From NCBI GenBank assembly GCA_965221525.1, contig CBDCSG010000008.1, positions 775,857-839,856 on the forward strand: a stretch of 64,000 nucleotides of DNA, in the 5' to 3' direction. The notes beneath the pieces were generated by a model. That model did no database searches, was not told the origin of the DNA, and worked only from the letters and a program-made list of their open reading frames with translations. Positions 36,785 through 45,652 of this stretch are shown piece by piece. The DNA comes from Acidimicrobiales bacterium. GTDB lineage: Bacteria; Actinomycetota; Acidimicrobiia; Acidimicrobiales; CATQHL01. The stretch's first letter is position 1; the number at the start of each line of letters is the position of its first letter. The translations under genes and the position numbers were made by a program.

Positions 36785-37128
36785 GACGTGGCGTCCTTGA
36801 GGACGGCCTGGATGTGAGCAGCCCAATCATGCGCCGCCGGGGCGGAACCCCAGTTCTGGATGTTCCGGCTGTGTTTCAGCCAGCCGCCCTTCGGCGAGGA
36901 CTGGCTGTTCGTATTTGGGAACCCGACCTCACAGGGCAGATGAACCCAATGTGGCGGCGTCAGGGGCCATGCCGTGAGTTCGTCAACGGCGACACCCACC
37001 TCCACCAAGCTCCCGGCGCGTGCCCCCGCGACGGGTGTGACATGGCAGATGACGAGCCCGGCCTCCACACGTGGCGAGAGGCCGAGATCTGACATCGCTT
37101 CGACGAACCCGTCGGGACCGGATCCCAT
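36781..37128 (-). CDS. Prokaryotic E2-like (Prok-E2 family) protein
   Basis: WPLTPPHWVHLPCEV with a candidate catalytic Cys. Size and operon position between the Ubl and JAB-E1 genes. TGATG overlap with the Ubl gene. Confidence 0.5.
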   Translation of the reverse strand: MGSGPDGFVEAMSDLGLSPRVEAGLVICHVTPVAGARAGSLVEVGVAVDELTAWPLTPPHWVHLPCEVGFPNTNSQSSPKGGWLKHSRNIQNWGSAPAAHDWAAHIQAVLKDATS

Positions 37129-37385
37129 CACGCGACCGGAGCACTCGTGCGGATCGACACGAAGCGTTCGTCCTTGTCGATGGTCACGGGTTCGTCGTCC
37201 TTGAACGGCTTCCTCGGCGGGCCCTCCTTGGGCACTTCGGCCAGATCGAACAAGGCAGGATCGAGGCCGGCCAGCTTCAGCAGGTCTTCGGCCCGCTGCG
37301 TGCGTTGGTCGGTCTCGTAGGGTTTGCCGTCGATCGTGAACGGGATCCGGCGCCCGGACACCTCGAGTTCAACTGGGTTTGACAT
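37128..37385 (-). CDS. Ubiquitin-like beta-grasp protein (Multi_ubiq-type single domain)
   Basis: 85 aa, ...FTIDGKPYETDQRTQRAEDLLKLAGLDPALFDLAEV...DDEPVTIDKDERF. AGGAAGGA RBS. First gene of the operon. Confidence 0.5.
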   Translation of the reverse strand: MSNPVELEVSGRRIPFTIDGKPYETDQRTQRAEDLLKLAGLDPALFDLAEVPKEGPPRKPFKDDEPVTIDKDERFVSIRTSAPVA

Positions 37386-37420
37386 GCTGCATTCCTTCCT
37401 GGAATAGACGAGCAGGGTTA

Positions 37421-37481
37421 CTATTCCCTGAGGATAGCACCTCTAGGAGAACACATCAAACGACCTATTCTGTTAGGATAG
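37421..37481. promoter_or_regulatory. Two copies of the imperfect palindrome CTATTC-N5-GGATAG (putative XRE operator pair)
   Basis: ctattccctgaggatag at 37421-37437 and ctattctgttaggatag at 37465-37481. A half-site GGAATAG lies at 37401-37407. Located in the divergent intergenic region. Confidence 0.5.
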
Positions 37482-37486
37482 GAACG

Positions 37487-37951
37487 ATGGCTGATGGCAG
37501 AGGCCTCGGAGTCAGACTCCGTGCCCGCCGATTAGCGCTCGGCATGACACTCGCGGAGGTTGCCGAAGCGGCAGGGCTGTCGCTGCCCTACGTGTCGAAC
37601 CTTGAGCGAGGCCGGGGCAATCCGACCCTCGACGCTTTGAGGTCGCTGGCCGAAGCGCTACAGCAGCCGCTGTCCGACCTCCTCGGCGACGACGCAACGG
37701 AGAGCAGCTTCGACCCACAGGATCTCGTTCTCGACCAAGCCCCGCCATCACTGCGCACGTTCACACAGACCGTCCGATTCCGGGACGCCGTGGCTCGGCT
37801 GGCATCCCAGCACGATCTCCCGGAGGCAGAGATGCGCAGGCGCCTGATGATCGGCATGGCATCCGCGCCGCGACGGAGCACGGGTCAGCCGGCCGAGGAC
37901 GACTGGCGCCGCCTACTTGATGCGTATTCCTTGATACTCAGCGACCGGTAG
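37487..37951 (+). CDS. XRE-family HTH transcriptional regulator (CapH-like position)
   Basis: LGVRLRARRLALGMTLAEVAEAAGLSLPYVSNLERGRGNPTLDAL. Confidence 0.75.
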   Translation: MADGRGLGVRLRARRLALGMTLAEVAEAAGLSLPYVSNLERGRGNPTLDALRSLAEALQQPLSDLLGDDATESSFDPQDLVLDQAPPSLRTFTQTVRFRDAVARLASQHDLPEAEMRRRLMIGMASAPRRSTGQPAEDDWRRLLDAYSLILSDR

Positions 37952-37961
37952 CCCACGGGCT

Positions 37962-39011
37962 GTGCCAACGCGCGCCGCCATCAGCAGAATCGTCGAGCGG
38001 ATGCTCGCCGCCGTTCCCCCTGAGGTACTCGAGGACCTGCGGGACGAGGACCCCGCCACCGCAGTCGAGGTGCACTACCCACCCGTACGCGTCCTTCCTC
38101 TGCCACCCGAGAACATCACCAGCGGGGACTGCTCCGTACACGGCTACTACGAGCAATTCCTCGACCCGGCGCGGCCGAGCATCCTCTACTCAAGCGCGGT
38201 CACACCGGAGCGGGCGCGGTTCACGATCCTCCACGAACTCGGACACCACATTTTCGTCACCCCCGGAGACGGGCTCCTCAGTCATGTGGACCAAGTCGCC
38301 GGTGCCCGGGGTGATCCCAACGAGGTCGAAGAAGAGGCGTGTGACCAGTTTGCCGGACAGGTGCTTGTGCCTACAGAGCTACTGGAGCAGATCATCGGCA
38401 ATGGCCCAGTGAAGCCGAGGCACGTCCTAGAAGCGCGCCAGTTGACGAACGCGAGTTGGGAAGCAGTCGCCGTCCGAGTGGCGAACTATCCGGAGAGGCG
38501 GACAGCGGTCGTCTTGATCCGGGAGCAGGGACGGGTGTCGTTCGTGGCGAGGAACGGTCTACAGGCATGGCCTCGCGACTGGTTGGTCCAGCCGAGAGGA
38601 CCGCTTGACCGGGCGCTTCGATACGACTCCAAGTGCAGGCCCGATGTCTACCGCTATGGCCTCGCGGGAGCGGAGAATCTGTACTGCGACACCGCGCGGG
38701 TTGACCATCGTCTCGCGGTCGCGGTCATGGCACCGCAACGCAGCGACGGCGGGCTCACGGTCCTCGAGCCTGTCGACCCTACGTGGAAAACGCGGGAGCA
38801 GTCGTGCGAATGGTGCGGTGACGAGCGCGACTTCGGGTGGTGCGACTATTGCCGTGGGCGAAGATGCCGAACGTGTCGCCGGTGCGGCTGCCAGAAACCG
38901 ATCGAGAACCCGGTCTGCCCCGAATGCCATCTTGAGAATCCCTTACGGCCGGGAGCGCTGGTCTGCCGAGACTGTGAAGCCGACGGGCTGGGGCCTGACC
39001 GCCGCCCGTGA
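37962..39011 (+). CDS. ImmA/IrrE-family (M78) metallopeptidase with Cys-rich C-terminal zinc-ribbon-like tail (CapP-like position)
   Basis: HELGHH zinc motif. C-terminal CEWCG...CDYCRGRRCRTCRRCGC...CPEC...CRDC. Confidence 0.7.
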   Translation: MPTRAAISRIVERMLAAVPPEVLEDLRDEDPATAVEVHYPPVRVLPLPPENITSGDCSVHGYYEQFLDPARPSILYSSAVTPERARFTILHELGHHIFVTPGDGLLSHVDQVAGARGDPNEVEEEACDQFAGQVLVPTELLEQIIGNGPVKPRHVLEARQLTNASWEAVAVRVANYPERRTAVVLIREQGRVSFVARNGLQAWPRDWLVQPRGPLDRALRYDSKCRPDVYRYGLAGAENLYCDTARVDHRLAVAVMAPQRSDGGLTVLEPVDPTWKTREQSCEWCGDERDFGWCDYCRGRRCRTCRRCGCQKPIENPVCPECHLENPLRPGALVCRDCEADGLGPDRRP

Positions 39012-39213
39012 CGTCAAGCACGGTAAGCCGTGGCGCAAGGCGGCTGAACGATCGAGGACCTCATCCCGGCCTGAGTGTCGATCCTCGGCACGGCGGTGTC
39101 GGCGCGGGACACCGGTCTCGAAGGCGTGAAGCGTGACGTACCTGCGAGGCGAGGAGGGTGCCGCCGCGCAGCGCTGCGGTGGCGCACAGCATCCGGCCCG
39201 GGAGTCCGGGGAG

Positions 39214-39480
39214 TCAGCACCGGGCGGCGTGGTGGGCGAGGGTGATGCGGCCCCAGCCTGTGGGGAGGATCATGCCGGCGCGCAGGAGTCGTTGCCGGTA
39301 GACGCCGGAATACCCGGTAGCGATGCCGAGGCGGTCGGCGATGTCGGTGAGCTTCGAGTCGGTGTCGTCCTGAGCCATCGCCAGCAGGAATCGTCGGTCC
39401 ACCTCCGAGAGCGTCCTCCAGGTGGGGGGCGAAGACCATCCGGCCGCTGCGCCGCTCGCGGATCTCCTCGATGTCGCCAC
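39214..39480 (-). pseudogene. C-terminal HTH fragment of a regulator/ATPase gene
   Basis: TLSEVDRRFLLAMAQDDTDSKLTDIADRLGIATGYSGVYRQRLLRAGMI. The upstream part is in another frame. Confidence 0.45.
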
Positions 39481-39850
39481 TCTGCTTGTCGTCGACGGTG
39501 ATCAGCAGGCCCGTCTCGTGCTCGGCGAGCGCGTCGGCGGGATCGGGCAGGGCTCCCCTGTGGCCGTTTGTGGGCTTTAGGAGTTTTGTGAGCTTTAGTC
39601 GTTTTGAAGTCTTTAGTAGTTCGGCTCCGGACTCGCCCGTGGGTCCGTCACGATCAGCGGCAACTCAGCGGCTGAGCGCAGTGGGTGGGTTCGGGGACCG
39701 TCCACCGGTCTGATGCGATCACACGAGGTAGCGCGCCTCGCCGGGCCGGGGAACCCCACCGAGCACCAGGTTCGTCCCGTACCCGGATGGAACCCTCTTC
39801 GCCTGCGCCCGCAAGGCGCTCGCGCCGGCGAGCGGTCTACAGGAGGAAGA

Positions 39851-40054
39851 ACGATGAGCCGAGCGGGAACCCGGCCGTGGGACGCGGCCGACCATCTGGA
39901 GACCACCGAGGACATGGTCGCCTACCTGGAGGCGGCTCTAGAGCAGGACGATCCCCAACTCGTGGCGGCCGTGGTCGGTGACATCGCCCGAGCACAGGGG
40001 ATGACCAAGGTTGCCCCCGAGGCCGGGCCGGGCAGGGACAGCCTCTACAGGTGA
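39851..40054 (+). CDS. HigA-family antidote-like protein, C-terminally truncated (67 aa)
   Basis: MSRAGTRPWDAADHLETTEDMVAYLEAALEQDDPQLVAAVVGDIARAQGMTKVA...SLYR stops inside the expected HTH. Confidence 0.5.
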   Translation, partial: TMSRAGTRPWDAADHLETTEDMVAYLEAALEQDDPQLVAAVVGDIARAQGMTKVAPEAGPGRDSLYR

Positions 40055-40566
40055 GCTCTGAGTTCAGCCCAGCGGGCGCGGGCCTGGCGGTGGGGTTCGG
40101 TGGCTGCCGATTCGTCCAGAACCTCAAGACGCACTGTGCCCGAGGCGGCCAGTCGGGCGATCACAGCGGGGAGTTCCTCCCAGGGTGTCTCGACAACGGC
40201 GGGACCGGCGCGCAGGACCTCCAGCACGGCGACCTCCTCTGGTGTGAGCGAGTGGACCAGCCGATCGATCGGGCGCTGTGTGAAGCGCACTCCCGGACAG
40301 GGTCCTGGCGCTCGGCCGGGCACCGCGGCGAGGAACGTCGCCGGAACCTGCGACGTGAGGCCCAGCCAATTCGCCGCTGTGACCCCGGCGGGACCCGAGC
40401 CCCGCCCACCGAGTCGGAGAGCGACCTCGTCGATCCCGGGCGGCGACATGCCCAGTGGCGTCGTTGTCCCCTTCCAGTACAGGCCCTTGCGGACTCGCAA
40501 GACGTCGCCGGCGGCGCACAGGCGGGAGAACGCCGACTCGACAGCGCTGCGCGATCCGCCGACGTC
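40045..40566 (-). pseudogene. AbiEi/DUF6088-like antitoxin-domain gene, 5-prime truncated copy
   Basis: Same sequence as 32727-33243. Upstream of 40566 the ORF continues into unrelated sequence. Confidence 0.5.
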
Positions 40567-40712
40567 GCGAACCGCCACGAACGAGCCCGCCGGCAGGCCC
40601 CGACGAGACCGGCGACCTGTTCCGAGGTCGAGTCCTTCATGCCAGGAAAACGTAACGAAATACTGGCAGACCTTCGAGCACAGCCAGGCGCTGACGATTC
40701 GCTCTCCGGGCG

Positions 40713-40870
40713 TCACCCGAGCTCGGCGAGGAAGGTGTGGAAATCCGGTTGGTGCCAAACGCGACATTCGCTTGGTGCTCTCAGGTCGTGCGGCACCACC
40801 ACCGGCCCGCCGCCGGCGTCGCAATACATGAGACCGGCAACTCGGCCCCTCGAGCTGCATCCCCAGACCC
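40713..40870 (-). pseudogene. Alpha/beta-hydrolase N-terminal fragment
   Basis: ...AGLMYCDAGGGPVVV... and ...FLAELG resemble 34140-34433, with frame changes. Confidence 0.4.
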
Positions 40871-40953
40871 CCTCGCTGGCGAACTGCACCCACATAGTCA
40901 CTTCCGTCTCGCGGAAATCACGGTACCGGCTGCCGATGTGCCGATAGGTTGCA

Positions 40954-41706
40954 GTGGTGCCAGACGACCTGCCGTACTCCAAGGGTCGCATCGACCGGGC
41001 CGGTGGGGCCCTGCGGCGGCACCTGACCGGCGACGCCCCACCGCTGTCGCAAGCCGAACTCGACACCGAGATCGCCGTCGTCGAGGTGTTCCGATCTGAG
41101 CACCGTGATCCGTTGCGGAAGGCCCGGATGGGCCTCCGGTCGTGCGTGGACACGGAGGGCCTGCAGGCCGTCGAGTTCGGCCAGCGTCTCAAGCGGACAC
41201 CGACGATTGTGGACAAGCTGCGGCGGCTTCCGACGATGAAGCTGTCGAGCATGCAGGACATCGGCGGCTGCCGAGCGGTGTTCGCGACGCCCACGGAGGT
41301 CGCGCACGTGCGGGACAGGTTCACCCGCAACAGCTTCAACCGAAACGGTGTCGAGGACACCGTTCGCGACTACGCGGCGAACCCTCGTTCCTCCGGTTAC
41401 CGCGGCGTCCACGTCTGGACCCGCTACGACGGTCGGCGCATCGAGGTGCAACTCCGCACACGGCTGCAGCACCAATGGGCCAAGCTCGTCGAGACGCTCG
41501 TGGTAATAAGCGGCGTCGACTACAAGAGCGGTGACGGCCATGAGGTCGTGCACGACTGGCTCCGGCGGCTGTCCGAGGGGTATGCGATCAACGAGGCGGA
41601 CCGGCCGGTCAGCAGGGTCTTCAGGGCGGAGTACGATGAGTTGCAGGCAGCAGCGTGGGCTCTGCTCGACACCGATGCGGGGCAAGGAGGCGGGATCCAT
41701 GGCTAG
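40954..41706 (+). CDS. RelA/SpoT-domain protein (small alarmone synthetase-like, toxSAS candidate)
   Basis: RLKRTPTIVDKLRR...MQDIGGCRAVF...DYAANPRSSGYRGVHVW...IEVQLRTRLQHQWAKLVE. Confidence 0.75.
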   Translation: MVPDDLPYSKGRIDRAGGALRRHLTGDAPPLSQAELDTEIAVVEVFRSEHRDPLRKARMGLRSCVDTEGLQAVEFGQRLKRTPTIVDKLRRLPTMKLSSMQDIGGCRAVFATPTEVAHVRDRFTRNSFNRNGVEDTVRDYAANPRSSGYRGVHVWTRYDGRRIEVQLRTRLQHQWAKLVETLVVISGVDYKSGDGHEVVHDWLRRLSEGYAINEADRPVSRVFRAEYDELQAAAWALLDTDAGQGGGIHG

Positions 41707-41977
41707 GGGCAAGACCATCCACTTCCTGCTCACCTACGACCGCTCCGAGCGGCGACTGGTGAACATGGAGCGCTTCCGCGACGGCAGAAGGGCCGTCGAC
41801 GCATACGGAGAGAGGGAGCGCGAATTCGCCGACCAGCCGCACATCGAGGTGGTCCTGCTCGGCGCGGAATCGGAGGATGCCATCCGCGTCACGCACCCGA
41901 TCTACTTCGAGACCGACTTCTCGCTGGAGAAATACGCCAACCTGCTTTGGCCCGCCCCGGAGCCTGCCGCTGGCTGA
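41699..41977 (+). CDS. Small hypothetical protein, candidate cognate antitoxin
   Basis: ATG 41699 overlaps the RelA/SpoT gene stop by 8 nt. 92 aa. No family recognised. Confidence 0.45.
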   Translation: MARGKTIHFLLTYDRSERRLVNMERFRDGRRAVDAYGEREREFADQPHIEVVLLGAESEDAIRVTHPIYFETDFSLEKYANLLWPAPEPAAG

Positions 41978-42016
41978 CCATCCGCGCCGGCGCCAATCGA
42001 GCCGCGATGGCGTGTA

Positions 42017-42053
42017 GGAGAAAGGAAAGGGACCCCGTGCGTTCCGGGGTCCC
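42017..42053 (-). terminator. Rho-independent terminator (minus strand)
   Basis: GGGACCCCG-7 nt-CGGGGTCCC perfect stem. On the minus strand it is followed by TTTCCTTTCTCC. Confidence 0.55.
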
Positions 42054-42245
42054 GTTGCCGCGGTATGCCGGCTGCATTCGGCGGTCGCGTACTAGCCGGA
42101 CCGACAGGCATCTCCCACGATAGGCGCGTGGACCGACGACGGCACCCATATGGCCTTCGAGTGCGACCCGGTGTAGGTCCACTCTGTTGGCGGTTAGCGG
42201 TCGGCGTCCTTGTGTGCGCGACGGGCCGATCCGGCCACGGGTGGT

Positions 42246-42374
42246 TCAGTCGAACGGGGTGAGGTCGCCGGCGGCGAGGTCCCGCTCGGCCTCGGCGAGG
42301 GCGCTCATGGTGGCCGCATCGTTGAGGATGCTCAGCGTCTCGAGCAGCGACTCGTACTCTTCGTGACCGATCAT
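42246..42374 (-). pseudogene. Phd/YefM-type antitoxin C-terminal fragment
   Basis: MIGHEEYESLLETLSILNDAATMSALAEAERDLAAGD, 42 aa, with an in-frame stop immediately upstream. Confidence 0.4.
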
Positions 42375-42702
42375 GACGGTGTCCTAGAGGCCATACCTGC
42401 GGAAGTACTCCTCCTCGTCGAAGTCGTCGGGGAGGATCGGGTTCGGCGGCGGCTCCTTGCGTCGCCGGGGTTGTCCTTGGGGGGTTTGGTTCTCCGGCCT
42501 GGCGTAGAACTCGTACTCCTCGTCAGGTGTCATCGTCGAATTGTCTACCACGGTCCGGTCAGTTGCCGGCGAGGCCGAAGAACACGACGATGGCGCGGGC
42601 CAGATCTTCCCCCCACCTCATGCGTCGTCGAGGCTGAGCGCGTCGATGAACGCCTAGTCGTCGGCTGCGACGGCGGCCGACTGCCTGGGCTGCGGGTCGG
42701 AC

Positions 42703-44049
42703 TTACGGGCGCAGGTGTGTGATCGGCACGATGGCGATTCTGTCGGCGGTCTCGAATGCCCGGCCCGTGGCGGTGATGATCATCAGACGGCGTGGTTCAC
42801 CCGCACGCCCGGTGTCCACGTTCTCCCGCAGTCTGCGCAGCGCCTCGACGCCTTTCTCGATGAGGCGGGGGCCGCCGAGCTTGACCTCCACAGCAGCCCA
42901 GTCGCCGTGGCCGCGGGTGATGATCGCGTCGACCTCGTGGTTGGCGCTGTCGCGGTAGTACCGCACCTCTGCGCCGGATCGTTGCGCATAGACCCGCAGG
43001 TCGCGCACCACCAGCGACTCGAACAGCAGGCCGAGCGTCTCCGGATCGTCCAGGAGGCCCTGGGGGGTGGCCTGGAGTGCGGCCGCGGCCATGGAAGGAT
43101 CCGCGTAGTAGCGCTTGGGCTTGATGCGCAGCGTCGCGCTGCTGCGCAGGTGCGTTGACCAGGCGGGCAGCGGCTCGATGACGAACGCCGCGACGAGCCG
43201 GTCGAGGTAGCGCCCGACCGTGTCCCGATCGGCGGGGCCTCCGGCGTTGGCGGTGTCGGCGAGGAGTGTGCGGGCCGATGCGGCTGTCGCCTCGTTGCGG
43301 GCCAGCGAGGTCATGAGCGCCAGCATCTTGGAGGGATCGTGGCTTGCCGGTTGGTTCGTGGCGAGGTCGATCCGGGCGATATCGGTGAGGTAGTCGCGCA
43401 TGCGGTCCCGGGCGTCGAGAGCGTCGAGCGCGATCAGGCCGGGCAGGCCGCCCCGGCACACCAACTCGGCCACCCGCGCCAGCCCGGAGGGACGATCCCC
43501 GAGGACCCCGCCGACTCCGGCGGCGGCGCCCGCTGCGGTGGTGCCGGTCGCATCGGGTCCCGGGGCGTCGGCAGCGCACAGGTCGCCCTCCAGCAGCCCG
43601 CCCAGCGAGATGGCGCCGGTGGAATCACCCGATTCGAACAGGGACATGGGGCGCATCCGCAGCCGGGTGACCCGCCCCGCTCCGCTGTGGTCGGTCCGGA
43701 CGCGGGCCGGATCCACCGAACCGGTCAGGATGAACTGGCCGTTGAGCGCCCGGTCGTCACAGGCGTGGCGCATTGCATTCCACAGTCCGCCGGCCAGGTG
43801 CCACTCGTCGAGAAGGCGCGGCGTTTGGCCTGCGAGGAACGACGCCGGCTCGATTTCCAGCCGCAGCCGTGCCGCCTCGAGTTCGTCGAAGCGGACCTCG
43901 CTGGTGGCGAACCGCCTGCCCGTCCACGTCTTGCCGCACGCCCGGGGGCCCTCCACGACGATCGCAGGTGCCGTACGGAGCATGCGCTCCATCTGCGCGT
44001 CGACCACACGGGGCAGATATCCCGCCGGAGTGAGGAGCGATGAGGCCAT
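42703..44049 (-). CDS. AAA_14 ATPase with DUF4143 domain
   Basis: VVEGPRACGKTW Walker A, LLDEW, and the C-terminal ...HEVDAIIT...AAVEVKLG pattern. Confidence 0.7.
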   Translation of the reverse strand: MASSLLTPAGYLPRVVDAQMERMLRTAPAIVVEGPRACGKTWTGRRFATSEVRFDELEAARLRLEIEPASFLAGQTPRLLDEWHLAGGLWNAMRHACDDRALNGQFILTGSVDPARVRTDHSGAGRVTRLRMRPMSLFESGDSTGAISLGGLLEGDLCAADAPGPDATGTTAAGAAAGVGGVLGDRPSGLARVAELVCRGGLPGLIALDALDARDRMRDYLTDIARIDLATNQPASHDPSKMLALMTSLARNEATAASARTLLADTANAGGPADRDTVGRYLDRLVAAFVIEPLPAWSTHLRSSATLRIKPKRYYADPSMAAAALQATPQGLLDDPETLGLLFESLVVRDLRVYAQRSGAEVRYYRDSANHEVDAIITRGHGDWAAVEVKLGGPRLIEKGVEALRRLRENVDTGRAGEPRRLMIITATGRAFETADRIAIVPITHLRP

Positions 44050-44234
44050 ACCGCAAAATATATCATATGGATACCGCAATATATGTGATCATAATCCCGC
44101 AAAATACGCGGATGGAATACCGCACAATGTGCACTGTCCATGCCTTGGTGCGGGGCTCACGGGATCGTTGTGGCCTGTGGCTACTGTCCGGCCGGTTGGG
44201 TCTGCCGGCTCGGGCGGGCCAGACTTGGGGGGCC

Positions 44235-44963
44235 ATGATTGCGGCCCTCATGACCGATCGGATCGACCTGCGTGATGCCCAGTGCCGGGCGTTCGACGCC
44301 GCTGTCGTGGCGGTGGAGGATGGGCGGGTGGCGCTGGACGCCACGGCGTTCTATGCCACCGGGGGTGGGCAGCCGCACGACACGGGGACGCTGGCCTGGG
44401 ACGGGGGTTCGGCGGCGGTGACCGATGTGCGGGGGCATGGGCCGGTGGTGTGGCACACACTCGACGGCGACGTGCCGGCGGCGGGGGCCGAGGTGCGGGG
44501 GACGCTGGACTGGGAGCGGCGCTTTGCGCTGATGCGCACCCACACGGCGCTGCACATCCTCTGCGGAGTGATCTGGAACCGCTGGGGGGCGGCGGTCACC
44601 GGGGGGAACATGGAGCCGCTGCGGGCGCGTATGGACTTCGAGTTCGGTCCGCTGCCGGAGGGGTTCGGCGCCGAGGTGGCCGAGCTGGTGAACGCCGAGA
44701 TCGCCGCCGATCGCCCGGTGGAGGTGTCGTTCTGGCCGCGGGCGCAGGCGTTGGCGGATGCGGACCTGATCCGCACCAAGGTGAACCTGATCCCCGAGTC
44801 GGTGACCGAGATCCGCGTGGTGGACATCGTGGGCCTCGACCGCCAGGCCGACGGCGGCACCCACGTGGCCTCCACCGCTGAGGTGGGCCGCTTCGAGGTC
44901 ACCAAGACCGAATCCAAGGGCAAGGCCAACAAGCGCCTCCGCATCGCCCTCAGCGACGCCTGA
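44235..44963 (+). CDS. AlaX-like alanyl-tRNA editing protein (tRNA synthetase second additional domain)
   Basis: GGGQPHDTG..., MRTHTALHIL (HxxxH), and QADGGTHV, where this family usually has CGGTH. Confidence 0.7.
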   Translation: MIAALMTDRIDLRDAQCRAFDAAVVAVEDGRVALDATAFYATGGGQPHDTGTLAWDGGSAAVTDVRGHGPVVWHTLDGDVPAAGAEVRGTLDWERRFALMRTHTALHILCGVIWNRWGAAVTGGNMEPLRARMDFEFGPLPEGFGAEVAELVNAEIAADRPVEVSFWPRAQALADADLIRTKVNLIPESVTEIRVVDIVGLDRQADGGTHVASTAEVGRFEVTKTESKGKANKRLRIALSDA

Positions 44964-44970
44964 GGGTGGC

Positions 44971-45399
44971 GTGGCCGTGACCGGCGAGCCGGCGACGATC
45001 GTTTCCGTCGGCTACCAGGGGCGCAGCGTCGACGAGTTGATCGACGCGCTTCGGCAAGCCGAGGTGGAGGTGCTGGTCGACGTTCGCTTGAACCCGATCT
45101 CTCGCAAGAGGGGCTTCTCCAAGATCGAACTGGCCCGGGCACTCGCCGAAGCCGGCATCGGGTACCGCCACGAGCGAGCACTCGGCAATCCCCGGGACAA
45201 CCGTGACCCGTTCGACCGGGAGCGATACGACGACTACCTGCGGGAGAATGGATCAGCGGTTCTCGTCAAACTCATCGAGATGGCGAAGACCGTCCGGGTC
45301 GGCCTGCTGTGCTACGAGCGCCAGCACCGCGAGTGTCATCGTTCCCGCATCCTGGACCTCGTAACGCAGCAACACACCATCCGCGTGCTGGAGTTGTGA
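44971..45399 (+). CDS. DUF488 domain protein
   Basis: IVSVGYQGRSVDELIDAL...VLVDVRLNPISRKRGFSK...LLCYERQHRECHRS. Confidence 0.7.
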   Translation: MAVTGEPATIVSVGYQGRSVDELIDALRQAEVEVLVDVRLNPISRKRGFSKIELARALAEAGIGYRHERALGNPRDNRDPFDRERYDDYLRENGSAVLVKLIEMAKTVRVGLLCYERQHRECHRSRILDLVTQQHTIRVLEL

Positions 45400-45425
45400 C
45401 GCGGCCGAACGGGCGTGGGGTGGCC

Positions 45426-45533
45426 GAGAGTCGGGGCCTGACGGTGCTGCACTACGACGCTGACTTCGAGGCCATCTCTCGGATCACCGGTCAGGCCCAC
45501 CGCTGGGTCGTCGAGCGAGGCACTGCGGACTGA
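45426..45533 (+). pseudogene. PIN-domain toxin C-terminal fragment
   Basis: AESRGLTVLHYDADFEAISRITGQAHRWVV. No N-terminal PIN part is present. Confidence 0.45.
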
Positions 45534-45652
45534 CACCGCCAGCGCGCACGGGCACTCCCGATAGGCAGACGTCTGCGTTGCCCAAGGTCGGGGCATGCAG
45601 GCGTCACCGGGCCAATTTGTGATGCGCCAGCGGGCTATGGGAGGGTCGGCAG

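Larger units (their letters stand above)
39335..40566. repeat. Right copy of the ~1.23-kb direct repeat
   Basis: Aligns with 32015-33243. Confidence 0.8.

Noticed and set aside
42377-42530. 50-aa minus-strand ORF MTPDEEYEFYARPENQTPQGQPRRRKEPPPNPILPDDFDEEEYFRRYGL, just upstream of the Phd/YefM fragment.
   Set aside because: No recognisable family, low complexity, and below the ORF-track threshold. It cannot be supported from sequence alone.
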